Shown here one piece after another: positions 8,392 to 17,086 of a stretch of DNA of 20,000 bases; within the stretch, counting starts at the first letter, position 1; the number at the start of each line of letters is the position of its first letter. Below the pieces are notes generated by a model that saw nothing but the letters and a program-made list of their open reading frames with translations, was not told where the DNA came from and searched no databases. A program made the position numbers and the translations under genes. The DNA lies in sequence record SRR22947727_1208; one strand, 5' to 3'.

Positions 8392-9159
8392 ATGAACAAT
8401 AGTGAATTACAAAAAATAGCAAAATCAGTTAGGAAAACTGTTTTTGAGTTTAAGACAAGAGATGGTATAGGACATTTACATAGTTCTCTGTCACCTGTTG
8501 ATGTATTGGTATCTTTATTTTATGATGATAAAACCGATTTTAATCACGAAAAAGATATAGTGATGTTTGGTAAGGCACACGGTTCACCATCCATTTATCC
8601 AATATTAGCAGATTTAGGTTATTTTCCTAAAGATGAGTTAGAAAAGTATTGTAGACCTGGTGGTATTTTAAGATTACATTCCGATTGGACAATTCCAGGC
8701 TGTCATTTTGTTGGTGGTTCTTTAGGTAATGGTATAGGATACGCTAGTGGATTAGCACAAGCTCAACCAGATAAAAATATATATATCATAATGGGTGATG
8801 CTGAATTATACGAAGGTTCAGTTTGGGAAAGTCTTATGTATATTTCACATCATAATTTATCAAATTTACGAATTATAATTGATAGAAACGGACTTGGAAC
8901 TATTGGTGAAACTGAGAAGATGTTAAAGTTAGAACCGTTACACGATAAGTTTCAGTCATTCGTTAATGATGTAGCAGAGATTGATGGACACGATTATGAT
9001 AGCTTAAGGGGTGTATTTTCAAATCAATCACCACAAGTTGTAATTGCTAAAACAACAAAGGGTAAGGGAGTTAGTTATATGGAAGGCAAGTGGGAATATC
9101 ACACTATAGTTCCATCAAGTGAAGAAGATATTAAAATTGGATTGGAGAATTTATCGTGA
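8392..9159 (+). CDS. Transketolase-like N-terminal subunit, copy 2 (divergent)
   Basis: GHLHSSLS, GKAH, GGSLGNG, variant ThDP motif GDAELYEG...IIDRN, TTKGKGVSYME..YH; GGAG RBS. Confidence 0.9.
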   Translation: MNNSELQKIAKSVRKTVFEFKTRDGIGHLHSSLSPVDVLVSLFYDDKTDFNHEKDIVMFGKAHGSPSIYPILADLGYFPKDELEKYCRPGGILRLHSDWTIPGCHFVGGSLGNGIGYASGLAQAQPDKNIYIIMGDAELYEGSVWESLMYISHHNLSNLRIIIDRNGLGTIGETEKMLKLEPLHDKFQSFVNDVAEIDGHDYDSLRGVFSNQSPQVVIAKTTKGKGVSYMEGKWEYHTIVPSSEEDIKIGLENLS

Positions 9160-10106
9160 CACAAAGAGATACATTTATTTCAGAATTATTTGAAATTGCA
9201 AAAAAAGATAAAGATGTTATATTAATTAGTGTTGATATGGGAGCATCTTCATTAGATAGATGGAGAGAAGAATTACCTGAACAATTTATTTGGACTGGTA
9301 TTTCAGAACAACATAGTATTAACTTAGCTGCTGGGTTATCAGCTGCTGGTAAAAAAGTATATGTTTATTTTATGGCAGCTTGGTCAGCAAGATGTTTTGA
9401 ACAAATAAGATATTCTTGTTCTATGCCAAATAATCCAATTACAATATTGTCTAACGGAGTAGCTTTAGGATACGCACCAGCAGGGCCAGCACACGAAACA
9501 AATGAAGATATAGCTTATATGAGGTCTTTGTTAAACGTTGAAATAGACTGTCCAGCTAGTTCAACTCACGTTAAAGAGTTAGTTAAATACTCATACGAAA
9601 ACCAAAAATTAAGATATATTAGATTGGAAAGAAAATATGATTCTAGGTTTGATGAAATCCGTACTCCTAATGGATTAGGATATTCTATAGTTAAGGGTGG
9701 CCTTTTTGGTAATCCAATGAGAAAAAAAGAAACTAAAATAGCTATAATATCGTATGGGTATATGTTAGGTAGATGTCTTGACGTACAAAAAAAATTATTA
9801 GATAATAATATGGAAGTTTCATTGTATAATATGTCAAAGATAAAACCTAATCCTATAGTGAAAATGAAGAAAGTATTCAGAGATTACGATAAAGTTATCA
9901 CAGTAGAAGAACAAACTTTATCAGGAGGGTTTGGTTCTGCTGTATTAGAGGGAATGTCAGATAATAATGTGCAAAAACCTTTACTACGAATAGGATTACC
10001 TGAAAGATATATTTTTGAAAATGGAGATAGAGATTACCACTTAGATAATAATGGATTATCAGTAGATTCAATTTACGATAAAGTGCTTAAATTTAGAAAT
10101 GAATAA
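9156..10106 (+). CDS. Transketolase-like C-terminal subunit, copy 2 (divergent)
   Basis: GTG start coupled by GTGA; QRDTF, SVDMG, GISEQ, AGPAH, YIRL, IKP, TVEEQTLSGGFGSAV. Confidence 0.9.
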   Translation: MTQRDTFISELFEIAKKDKDVILISVDMGASSLDRWREELPEQFIWTGISEQHSINLAAGLSAAGKKVYVYFMAAWSARCFEQIRYSCSMPNNPITILSNGVALGYAPAGPAHETNEDIAYMRSLLNVEIDCPASSTHVKELVKYSYENQKLRYIRLERKYDSRFDEIRTPNGLGYSIVKGGLFGNPMRKKETKIAIISYGYMLGRCLDVQKKLLDNNMEVSLYNMSKIKPNPIVKMKKVFRDYDKVITVEEQTLSGGFGSAVLEGMSDNNVQKPLLRIGLPERYIFENGDRDYHLDNNGLSVDSIYDKVLKFRNE

Positions 10107-11064
10107 TATTCTAATAACAGGTGGCACTGGTTTTGTTGGTAGTCATATGATTGACTACATCTTAAAACACGAAACCGATGTAAAAATATTTGCTACCAAA
10201 AGGTGGATGGAAGATACTAAGAATGTAGACCACGTTGATGACAAAAGATTTGAATTTGTGGATTGTGATTTACTTGATGGACTATCAGTTGAAAGAGCTA
10301 TCCAAATTTCAAAACCAAACAAGGTGTTTCATTTTGCAGCACAGAGTTTTCCAGAAGTTAGTTTTAAAACACCAGTTATTACTTTACAGACTAATGTTAT
10401 TGGCACTACTCATTTATTAGAATCAATAAAGAATTCAGATTATAATCCTGTTATAGTTAGTATTTCTTCATCTGAAGTTTATGGGATGCCAAAAGAAGAT
10501 GAGATACCAATCAAAGAAGATAATCCAATCAGACCTGCTAATCCATATTCAATATCAAAAGTAGGACACGATTTGATGTCACAATACTATCATAATGCAT
10601 ACGATATGAAAATTATAATTACTCGTATGTTTTCACACGAAGGAGCAAGAAGAGGTAAACAGTTTGCACTTTCTTCATTTGCACATCAAATTGTACAAAA
10701 TGAAAAGGGAAATGGTGATGGTTTTATTAGACACGGAAACTTAGAATCAGTTAGAACATACAATCACATAGAAGATGCAATAAGAGCATATTGGATATGT
10801 TCTGAAAGTGATAGGTTTGGAGAGATATATAATATCGGTGGTGATTATACTTGTAAGGTAGGAGATACATTAGATATGTTATTGTCAATGTCAACGTTAC
10901 TTGACTTAAAACCATTGTTAGATTCCGATAGGGTTAGACCCACAGACATAACTTTACAAATACCAAGCACAGATAAGTTTAAAAATCATTATGGTTGGGA
11001 GCCAAAAAAAGATTTAGGACATATTTGTGAAGATTTATTAAATTATTGGAGAGAGGCACTATGA
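10099..11064 (+). CDS. GDP-mannose 4,6-dehydratase / GDP-4-keto-6-deoxymannose reductase-like extended SDR
   Basis: ITGGTGFVG, FHFAAQS, SSSEVYG, YxxxK (YSISK), GNLESVR, RVRPTD. Confidence 0.85.
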   Translation: MNNILITGGTGFVGSHMIDYILKHETDVKIFATKRWMEDTKNVDHVDDKRFEFVDCDLLDGLSVERAIQISKPNKVFHFAAQSFPEVSFKTPVITLQTNVIGTTHLLESIKNSDYNPVIVSISSSEVYGMPKEDEIPIKEDNPIRPANPYSISKVGHDLMSQYYHNAYDMKIIITRMFSHEGARRGKQFALSSFAHQIVQNEKGNGDGFIRHGNLESVRTYNHIEDAIRAYWICSESDRFGEIYNIGGDYTCKVGDTLDMLLSMSTLLDLKPLLDSDRVRPTDITLQIPSTDKFKNHYGWEPKKDLGHICEDLLNYWREAL

Positions 11065-11537
11065 TTAAAGATGTATTGACATTTCAACCTGATAGACACG
11101 AGGATTTCAGAGGCGATATCTATACCAATTGGAAAAAAGAAGATTATCCTAATTTAAATTGGAGATTAGATAAATTTGCACATTCTCAAAAAAATGTTTT
11201 GAGAGGTTTACACGGAGATGATAAAACACACAAATTAATTAGTTGTGTGTATGGTAAGTTTTATTATGTATTAGCTGATAATAGAAAAGACTCACCCACA
11301 TATAAAACTTGGGATTCTTTCATATTATCTGCAGAAAATAGAAAACAAATATTGACACCTCCAGGATGTGCAGGATCGTATTTTGTTTTAAGTGATGAGT
11401 GTACTTTTCATTATAAGTTAGCTTTTGATGGAGATTACAATGATGTTCCTAACCAGTTCGTTATCAAATGGGATGACCCTGAATGGAATTTTGAATGGCC
11501 ACATAACAATCCAATATTATATGGGAGAGACAAATGA
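11061..11537 (+). CDS. rfbC: dTDP-4-dehydrorhamnose 3,5-epimerase (RmlC)-like protein
   Basis: Likely start ATG 11061 (ATGA coupling, GAGG RBS); DFRG, NVLRGLH, KLISC, DSPTY, PPGCA, YK, WDDP. Confidence 0.85.
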   Translation: MIKDVLTFQPDRHEDFRGDIYTNWKKEDYPNLNWRLDKFAHSQKNVLRGLHGDDKTHKLISCVYGKFYYVLADNRKDSPTYKTWDSFILSAENRKQILTPPGCAGSYFVLSDECTFHYKLAFDGDYNDVPNQFVIKWDDPEWNFEWPHNNPILYGRDK

Positions 11538-11935
11538 GTGAGAGAAAATGGTTACCGACATTAGGTGAATTGGTGGATAGACTTAGCATACATCAGTTAA
11601 AAGAGATTTTTATACCAGAGAATAAAGATAATTATGGTAAAGAAATAAATGATATGGTTCAAGATATTGATATGATTCTCAAAGAACATAAAGGTGAAAT
11701 AACAGGAGAAGTTATCAGAGCGATAATTGTACTTTCTCAGATGAATGCACACATTTGGTACAATGAGACAAAAGTTAGAAATGGTGATAAAGATGGTAAT
11801 CTACATTTAACTCACGGTATCAATGGTATAAGACAAACAGCTTCAAATAAGATTATGGAAGTAGTTGGTGGTAGAAAAGACTATAAGATAGATTGTATTG
11901 CAGCTGAATTTAAAGATTGGGAAATCAGTTGGTGA
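11534..11935 (+). CDS. Hypothetical helical protein
   Basis: ATGA-coupled ORF with GGAG RBS; LGELVDRLSI..LK pattern; function unknown. Confidence 0.7.
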   Translation: MSERKWLPTLGELVDRLSIHQLKEIFIPENKDNYGKEINDMVQDIDMILKEHKGEITGEVIRAIIVLSQMNAHIWYNETKVRNGDKDGNLHLTHGINGIRQTASNKIMEVVGGRKDYKIDCIAAEFKDWEISW

Positions 11936-11939
11936 TTAA

Positions 11940-12710
11940 ATGATAAGTGTGGTTCAAAACTTTATATGCACTATTCCAGAGAGATTAAAAATACTTGAGG
12001 ATAATTTACCAATAGTTGGTGATATTTGGGGTGATTATGAATTTTTTGTTAATTTTAATGATGAAGTTAATTTAGATGAAGTACATTCTCTTTATAAAAA
12101 ATATATACCAAAATTAAACTTCTATAATAATCTTGAAAAAGATTGGGCAGCAACAATGTTGTCTTTATTAAATGAGGTAACAACACCATATTCAGTTAAC
12201 ATAAATGAAGACCAACAGTTTTTATTAACTAAAGACGAATGGCAAAATGTTGTTGACGAAGCATTGGTAAAACACGAAGTTGATTTTTTATTAATAAATA
12301 AAATGGACAAATACAATAAAGAACCATATGTTAGTGGAGAGTTAGAACTTGGTGCATCTATTGTAAAGAATTATTGGGATAAGTATCCATCAGATGGTTA
12401 TGATGCGGGTGAATATGTTTATTTTCATAGTGGAAAATATTCACCTTACAAAAGAATAACACCAGAGGGAGTTCAAAAAACAGATTGGTTTAAATTTAGA
12501 TTTGAAGAGTTTTTAGAAAAAGGTGAAGACTGTGAACACGATATACCAATAAGATATAGACACGTTGGTAATTTCTTTGAGGGGTATTGGGATTTTGAAA
12601 ATGGCCCTTTTAGATTTCCAGATTATAAATTCGCAATACCTAAAAAAGATTTAATAGTTCAGTATGATACTATAAAAGAACAAAAACTTGGATGGAAAGC
12701 AAACTTATGA
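11940..12710 (+). CDS. Hypothetical protein, putative glycosyltransferase-like; paralog of 3387..4241
   Basis: Shared blocks SVVQ, FFVN, LDE, YNNL, W..T.L.L.NE..TPY....ED, FE.Y, PK..L.V. Confidence 0.5.
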   Translation: MISVVQNFICTIPERLKILEDNLPIVGDIWGDYEFFVNFNDEVNLDEVHSLYKKYIPKLNFYNNLEKDWAATMLSLLNEVTTPYSVNINEDQQFLLTKDEWQNVVDEALVKHEVDFLLINKMDKYNKEPYVSGELELGASIVKNYWDKYPSDGYDAGEYVYFHSGKYSPYKRITPEGVQKTDWFKFRFEEFLEKGEDCEHDIPIRYRHVGNFFEGYWDFENGPFRFPDYKFAIPKKDLIVQYDTIKEQKLGWKANL

Positions 12711-14437
12711 AAAGAATCAATATACAAGATATAGATTTAAATTCACTTGAGGTTATATTAGATAAAGCTGGAAGGTGGGTTGATGGTATAAATCACGGTA
12801 GAAAAATACTACGAGATAAAGATAGTTTTTATAAGGTATTTGATATGGAGTATTGTAGAAGACAAAACTTTATTGATGCATATGAGTTTGGTTTTTTTGA
12901 TGGATTAGCACCAGCATTAAAGTCATTAATAGTAGATGGTGATGATATAATTGGTTACATTACTGAAAGTGGACAACAACTATCAACATCAGAATTTGAT
13001 TTTGATTCAATACCAAAAGAATTTTATAAAAAGGTAATAGATGCCACGATTGTAAAGGAAATGTTTTTTTATGATTTAGTTCCAATAAATATAATAAAAA
13101 CAAAAGACGGAAAAATAAGTTTAATTGATTTAGAAAGTGTATATCCTATAGAAGAACTATTTCAGATAGATAAACACAACGCTAAAGTCAAACCAGATTT
13201 TTATTTTGAAGATTTGGAAAAAATATGGAAAGAGAATATGAAAGCGATAAGTTTTATTCAACCTAGTAGAAACAATTTAAAATACCTCAAATGGTCTTAT
13301 GATAGTATCAGAAAGAATTTAGGTTCACATCACGAGATATGTTGGGCAGATGATTATTCAGATGACGGAACGTGGGAGTGGATGAATGAGATAGCAGAAA
13401 AAGACCCAAATGTTAAGATACATAGAAACGAAGGGCCTAATAGGTTAGGTCATACAATACTTTATGATACTCTTGTAAATGACTACGCTACGAATGATAT
13501 CGTGATGATATATCACGCCGATATGTATGCTTGTCCTTATATGGATACGGAGATACTTAAATTAATAAAACCTGGCACTGTGGTATCCGCAACAAGAATC
13601 GAACCACCACTACATCCTGATGGGCCAGAAAAGATATTAAGAGACTTTGGAATAGAACCTGAAGAGTTTAAGGAAGATGAACTACTTGAATTTATGAACA
13701 GTACAGATACAGGTGCAAAACCAACAAAAGGTATATTTGCTCCGTGGGCTATATACAAGAAAGATTTCCAAGAGATAAATGGACACGACCCACTATACGC
13801 ACCACAATCAAAAGAAGATAGTGATATATTTAATAGATTTGTATTAAATGGTTATGAATTAATACAGACTTGGAAGGGGTTTGTATACCATATGACCTGT
13901 AGAGGTTCAAGATTTAAAGATGGAGCACTTAGAAATCCAGCTGGTCAAGTCTTTATGAAAGGTAGAGAATCATCAGAGTGGTTAGAACAAAATCTTAGAA
14001 GTACAAGAAACTTTATTCGTAAGTGGGGTCATATGGTTAAACACGATGAAATGATGTATCCGATTATACCACCGAAATATGATATTGGTTTTGTTGTAAA
14101 GAACTGTGATTATAATTTATTGAAAGAGTTAGAGCCTTGGTGTTCTACAATTTATATAGAATATACGGGTGTTATGGAGTCATATGTAAAACACGAACAA
14201 AAAGATACTGAATTTAATTTATCAGATAGAATTAAACATTCACATCAAAACAAACCAAATAATGATATTATAATTGAATTTGATGCTAAATTGTTAAATT
14301 CAAGTAATTTTCAAATATTAGTAGAGTTATCGTCAATACTTAAAGAAAGTGGTGAGGTTGGTGAAATGGAGTTAGAGATATTTAAATTTAACATTAATTC
14401 ATTAAAAACTTATGAAAAGGATTTAATAAAAGTATGA
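12707..14437 (+). CDS. Protein-kinase-like domain fused to a GT2-family glycosyltransferase
   Basis: Likely start 12707 (ATGA coupling). N-part: YKVF, GYITE, YDLVPINI, LIDLES. From Met at 13238: ISFIQPSRN, ADDYSDDGT, YHADMY, GHDP...ED, VYH. Confidence 0.8.
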   Translation: MKRINIQDIDLNSLEVILDKAGRWVDGINHGRKILRDKDSFYKVFDMEYCRRQNFIDAYEFGFFDGLAPALKSLIVDGDDIIGYITESGQQLSTSEFDFDSIPKEFYKKVIDATIVKEMFFYDLVPINIIKTKDGKISLIDLESVYPIEELFQIDKHNAKVKPDFYFEDLEKIWKENMKAISFIQPSRNNLKYLKWSYDSIRKNLGSHHEICWADDYSDDGTWEWMNEIAEKDPNVKIHRNEGPNRLGHTILYDTLVNDYATNDIVMIYHADMYACPYMDTEILKLIKPGTVVSATRIEPPLHPDGPEKILRDFGIEPEEFKEDELLEFMNSTDTGAKPTKGIFAPWAIYKKDFQEINGHDPLYAPQSKEDSDIFNRFVLNGYELIQTWKGFVYHMTCRGSRFKDGALRNPAGQVFMKGRESSEWLEQNLRSTRNFIRKWGHMVKHDEMMYPIIPPKYDIGFVVKNCDYNLLKELEPWCSTIYIEYTGVMESYVKHEQKDTEFNLSDRIKHSHQNKPNNDIIIEFDAKLLNSSNFQILVELSSILKESGEVGEMELEIFKFNINSLKTYEKDLIKV

Positions 14438-15294
14438 AAGCATTAGTTACTGGTGGTGCTGGTTTTGTTGGTACTAACCTGATAAAAAGATTATTAAAAG
14501 ATGGTTACAAAGTGGTTTCTCTTGACAACTATCATACAGGTAAAAAAGAAAATGAACAAGAGGGTTGTGAATATTTTAACGCGGATATAAGAGATTGTGT
14601 TAATTTCGACTATTTTATGGAAAACCCTGACGTAGTATTTCATTTATCAGCACTTCCAAGAATACAACCATCATTTGAGTATCCAGCTAGCACATTTGAA
14701 AATAATGTTCTGGCTACGATGAACATACTAGAGTGGGTTAGAACTATGAAAACTGAGAAGAGAATACCAGTAATTTATGCTGGTTCATCTTCAACACACG
14801 GTGGAAACTATACGAATCCATATACCTTTACAAAGTGGCAGGGTGAAGAGTTGTGTAGGATGTATTCATTGGTATATCAGGTTAGAACTACCATTTGTAG
14901 ATTTTATAACGTATACGGCCCACATCAACTTACAGAGGGTGATTATTGTACTGTCGTTGGTATATTTGAAAATCAATATAAAAATAATAAACCATTAACA
15001 ATTACAGATGATGGCAAACAAAGAAGAGATTTTACTCACGTAGAAGATATTGTAGATGGATTAATTAAAGCTGCAGATAACATAAATACTTTACATACAG
15101 AATATGAACTTGGTAGAGGTAAAAATTATTCTATTAATGAAATAGCAGATGTTTTTGGTGATTATCCAAGAGAGTATATAGATAGTAGAAATGGTGAGAT
15201 GAGAGAAACTTTATGTAAAGATAACAACGCTAAAAAATACTTAGGTTGGAATCCAACAAAAGATGTCACGGATTACATTAAAAGTATATTATGA
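14434..15294 (+). CDS. NAD-dependent NDP-sugar epimerase/dehydratase (extended SDR)
   Basis: LVTGGAGFVG, FHLSA, AGSSS, YTFTK, RFYNVYGP, RDFTHVED. Confidence 0.9.
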   Translation: MKALVTGGAGFVGTNLIKRLLKDGYKVVSLDNYHTGKKENEQEGCEYFNADIRDCVNFDYFMENPDVVFHLSALPRIQPSFEYPASTFENNVLATMNILEWVRTMKTEKRIPVIYAGSSSTHGGNYTNPYTFTKWQGEELCRMYSLVYQVRTTICRFYNVYGPHQLTEGDYCTVVGIFENQYKNNKPLTITDDGKQRRDFTHVEDIVDGLIKAADNINTLHTEYELGRGKNYSINEIADVFGDYPREYIDSRNGEMRETLCKDNNAKKYLGWNPTKDVTDYIKSIL

Positions 15295-15668
15295 TAAAAT
15301 CAGAAGTTACAATTGGATGTTGCGTTCCCAAAGGTTGGGGTCAAGAAATAATCATAGAAAATAATGAAAACTATTGTGGTAAAGTTTTAGTATTCAACAA
15401 AGGTTGTAAATTTTCTATGCATTATCATATGAAAAAAGATGAGACTTGGTATGTAGAACACGGTGAGTTTATATATAGATGGATAGATACAGAAACTGCA
15501 GAGATGGATGAGACCATAATATCAAATGGTGATGTTGTAAGACAAAGACCAGGACAACCACATCAAATAAAAGCATTAACAGATGGTAGAATATTTGAAG
15601 TATCTACACATCACGAAGATTCAGATTCATATAGAGTTATGAGAGGTGATTCTCAAAATGATAATTAA
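15291..15668 (+). CDS. Cupin-domain protein (sugar isomerase-like)
   Basis: KGWG.E, YCGK, SMHYH..KDETW, PGQPH, EVST; cupin metal-binding H-x-H...E...H. Confidence 0.8.
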   Translation: MIKSEVTIGCCVPKGWGQEIIIENNENYCGKVLVFNKGCKFSMHYHMKKDETWYVEHGEFIYRWIDTETAEMDETIISNGDVVRQRPGQPHQIKALTDGRIFEVSTHHEDSDSYRVMRGDSQNDN

Positions 15669-15685
15669 AAATAAGTTTTTGTAAT

Positions 15686-15928
15686 ATGACATACTACTTA
15701 TTACTGAGTGGTGATTCTGAAAAGGATTCCATATATGAAACAAATGTTTTAGGAGAAGAAAGTTTTGAAACGTTTTACCCGTCAGTTGGTTTTATGATAT
15801 TAAATAGAATAATAAATCAAAAGCCAGAGCTATTAGAATCTTTACAGATTGTTGACGAACAAAAAAAACAATATACTATTACTAAATTTTTAGATAAATT
15901 AGAAAAATGGAAAATAAAAAGCGCTTGA
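15686..15928 (+). CDS. Hypothetical protein
   Basis: 80-aa ORF in gene order; no recognisable motif. Confidence 0.65.
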   Translation: MTYYLLLSGDSEKDSIYETNVLGEESFETFYPSVGFMILNRIINQKPELLESLQIVDEQKKQYTITKFLDKLEKWKIKSA

Positions 15929-15954
15929 CTTGTATACGCTTTTAGTATTATATT
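15925..15954 (+). promoter_or_regulatory. Sigma70-like promoter TTGACT-N18-TATATT
   Basis: TTGACT 15925-15930 and TATATT 15949-15954, just upstream of the TAAGGAG RBS at 15961-15967. Confidence 0.55.
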
Positions 15955-15974
15955 TAGACATAAGGAGAATATAA

Positions 15975-16142
15975 ATGCCGAGGATTCATAATTGGGAAGA
16001 GTGGGATGACGTGGAAGATAAAGCTCAAAATGAGATGATTCGCGAGAAAATAAATCATAAGGTTAGAAACCAAAACAAAAAGGAACAAAATGAAAAAACT
16101 AATCAAAATAAAAAACAATCTAATATTAGGAATAATACTTAG
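15975..16142 (+). CDS. Small charged protein MPRIHNWEEWDDVEDK... (55 aa), not in the ORF track
   Basis: TAAGGAG 7 nt before ATG 15975; open to TAG 16140-16142. Confidence 0.7.
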   Translation: MPRIHNWEEWDDVEDKAQNEMIREKINHKVRNQNKKEQNEKTNQNKKQSNIRNNT

Positions 16143-16602
16143 TTTTTTATTAATATCGTGTGAGGATAATAACACTCATCACGAGTTATCATTTGATTTA
16201 AGATTAACGGAAGATGGTAGAGGATATCATCATTTAACGTTGGATAAGAATAACTGGCAAACACTACATAGAGTATCAGGTTTAATACGAGATGAAGGAT
16301 TTGGTGTAGAAAACTTTTGGGTTGAGTGGGAAAGTAATTTATATTGGTATATTGGTGATACGTTAGGTTATGTCGTAAAAAGAAATTTTAATGATGAGGG
16401 AATGTATGTTGCATACGATACCACATATTTAACACAGTTTAGTGGTATGGAAGTAGCTACGTCAAATATGATTAGTTATAGTAATAGTAACGGTGAAATA
16501 AATAATATGATAGCTCCAGTAAAAAGTATGGTAGGAGACACTATGAAATTAACAGCCCGTTGGTATGATGGAAGTAAAGATTTTTATATTATTTTAAATT
16601 AA
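16090..16602 (+). CDS. Putative lipoprotein
   Basis: Basic N-terminus, hydrophobic stretch, lipobox-like LISC followed by EDNN; AAGGA RBS. Confidence 0.7.
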   Translation: MKKLIKIKNNLILGIILSFLLISCEDNNTHHELSFDLRLTEDGRGYHHLTLDKNNWQTLHRVSGLIRDEGFGVENFWVEWESNLYWYIGDTLGYVVKRNFNDEGMYVAYDTTYLTQFSGMEVATSNMISYSNSNGEINNMIAPVKSMVGDTMKLTARWYDGSKDFYIILN

Positions 16603-16618
16603 TAACAGGAGAGAGTAT

Positions 16619-16852
16619 ATGAGTACTTGGCAACTTTTTACGGTTAATAGTGATGAAACAGAGGCAGTGGATACGGTGAGTTTACAAACTGATATTTATG
16701 AAGAAGCACATACATATTTTAGATTAAGAAAGAATTTAGATGGTGAAACTTTTAATAAGTTGTTTATAGTAAAAGAATATACAAAAGAATTAAAACCAAT
16801 CGGTAAAGTAGAGTGGTGGAGAGGTGAAACCACTAAATTAGATGATTTTTAG
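16619..16852 (+). CDS. Hypothetical protein
   Basis: AGGAG RBS; 77 aa. Confidence 0.7.
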   Translation: MSTWQLFTVNSDETEAVDTVSLQTDIYEEAHTYFRLRKNLDGETFNKLFIVKEYTKELKPIGKVEWWRGETTKLDDF

Positions 16853-16861
16853 GAGAAAGTT

Positions 16862-17086
16862 ATGAATGAATGGGTATTATTTACAATAGGAATTTTTATT
16901 GGTAGTATGGGTGGAGTAATGACTATGGCACTTTTGAGTGCTAGAAAGGTTGGGGATTTGTATTCGGAAATTCACGATTTAAGAACACAAAGAAAATTAT
17001 TAAAAGACGAGTTATTAAAAAGAGTTTCAAGAAAACCACCACCTCGTAAACAAAGAAAAAATGTTAAATCAACAGGAAAATCTTAA
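16862..17086 (+). CDS. Small membrane-anchored protein
   Basis: AGGAG RBS; N-terminal hydrophobic helix, then coiled-coil-like and basic tail. Confidence 0.7.
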   Translation: MNEWVLFTIGIFIGSMGGVMTMALLSARKVGDLYSEIHDLRTQRKLLKDELLKRVSRKPPPRKQRKNVKSTGKS

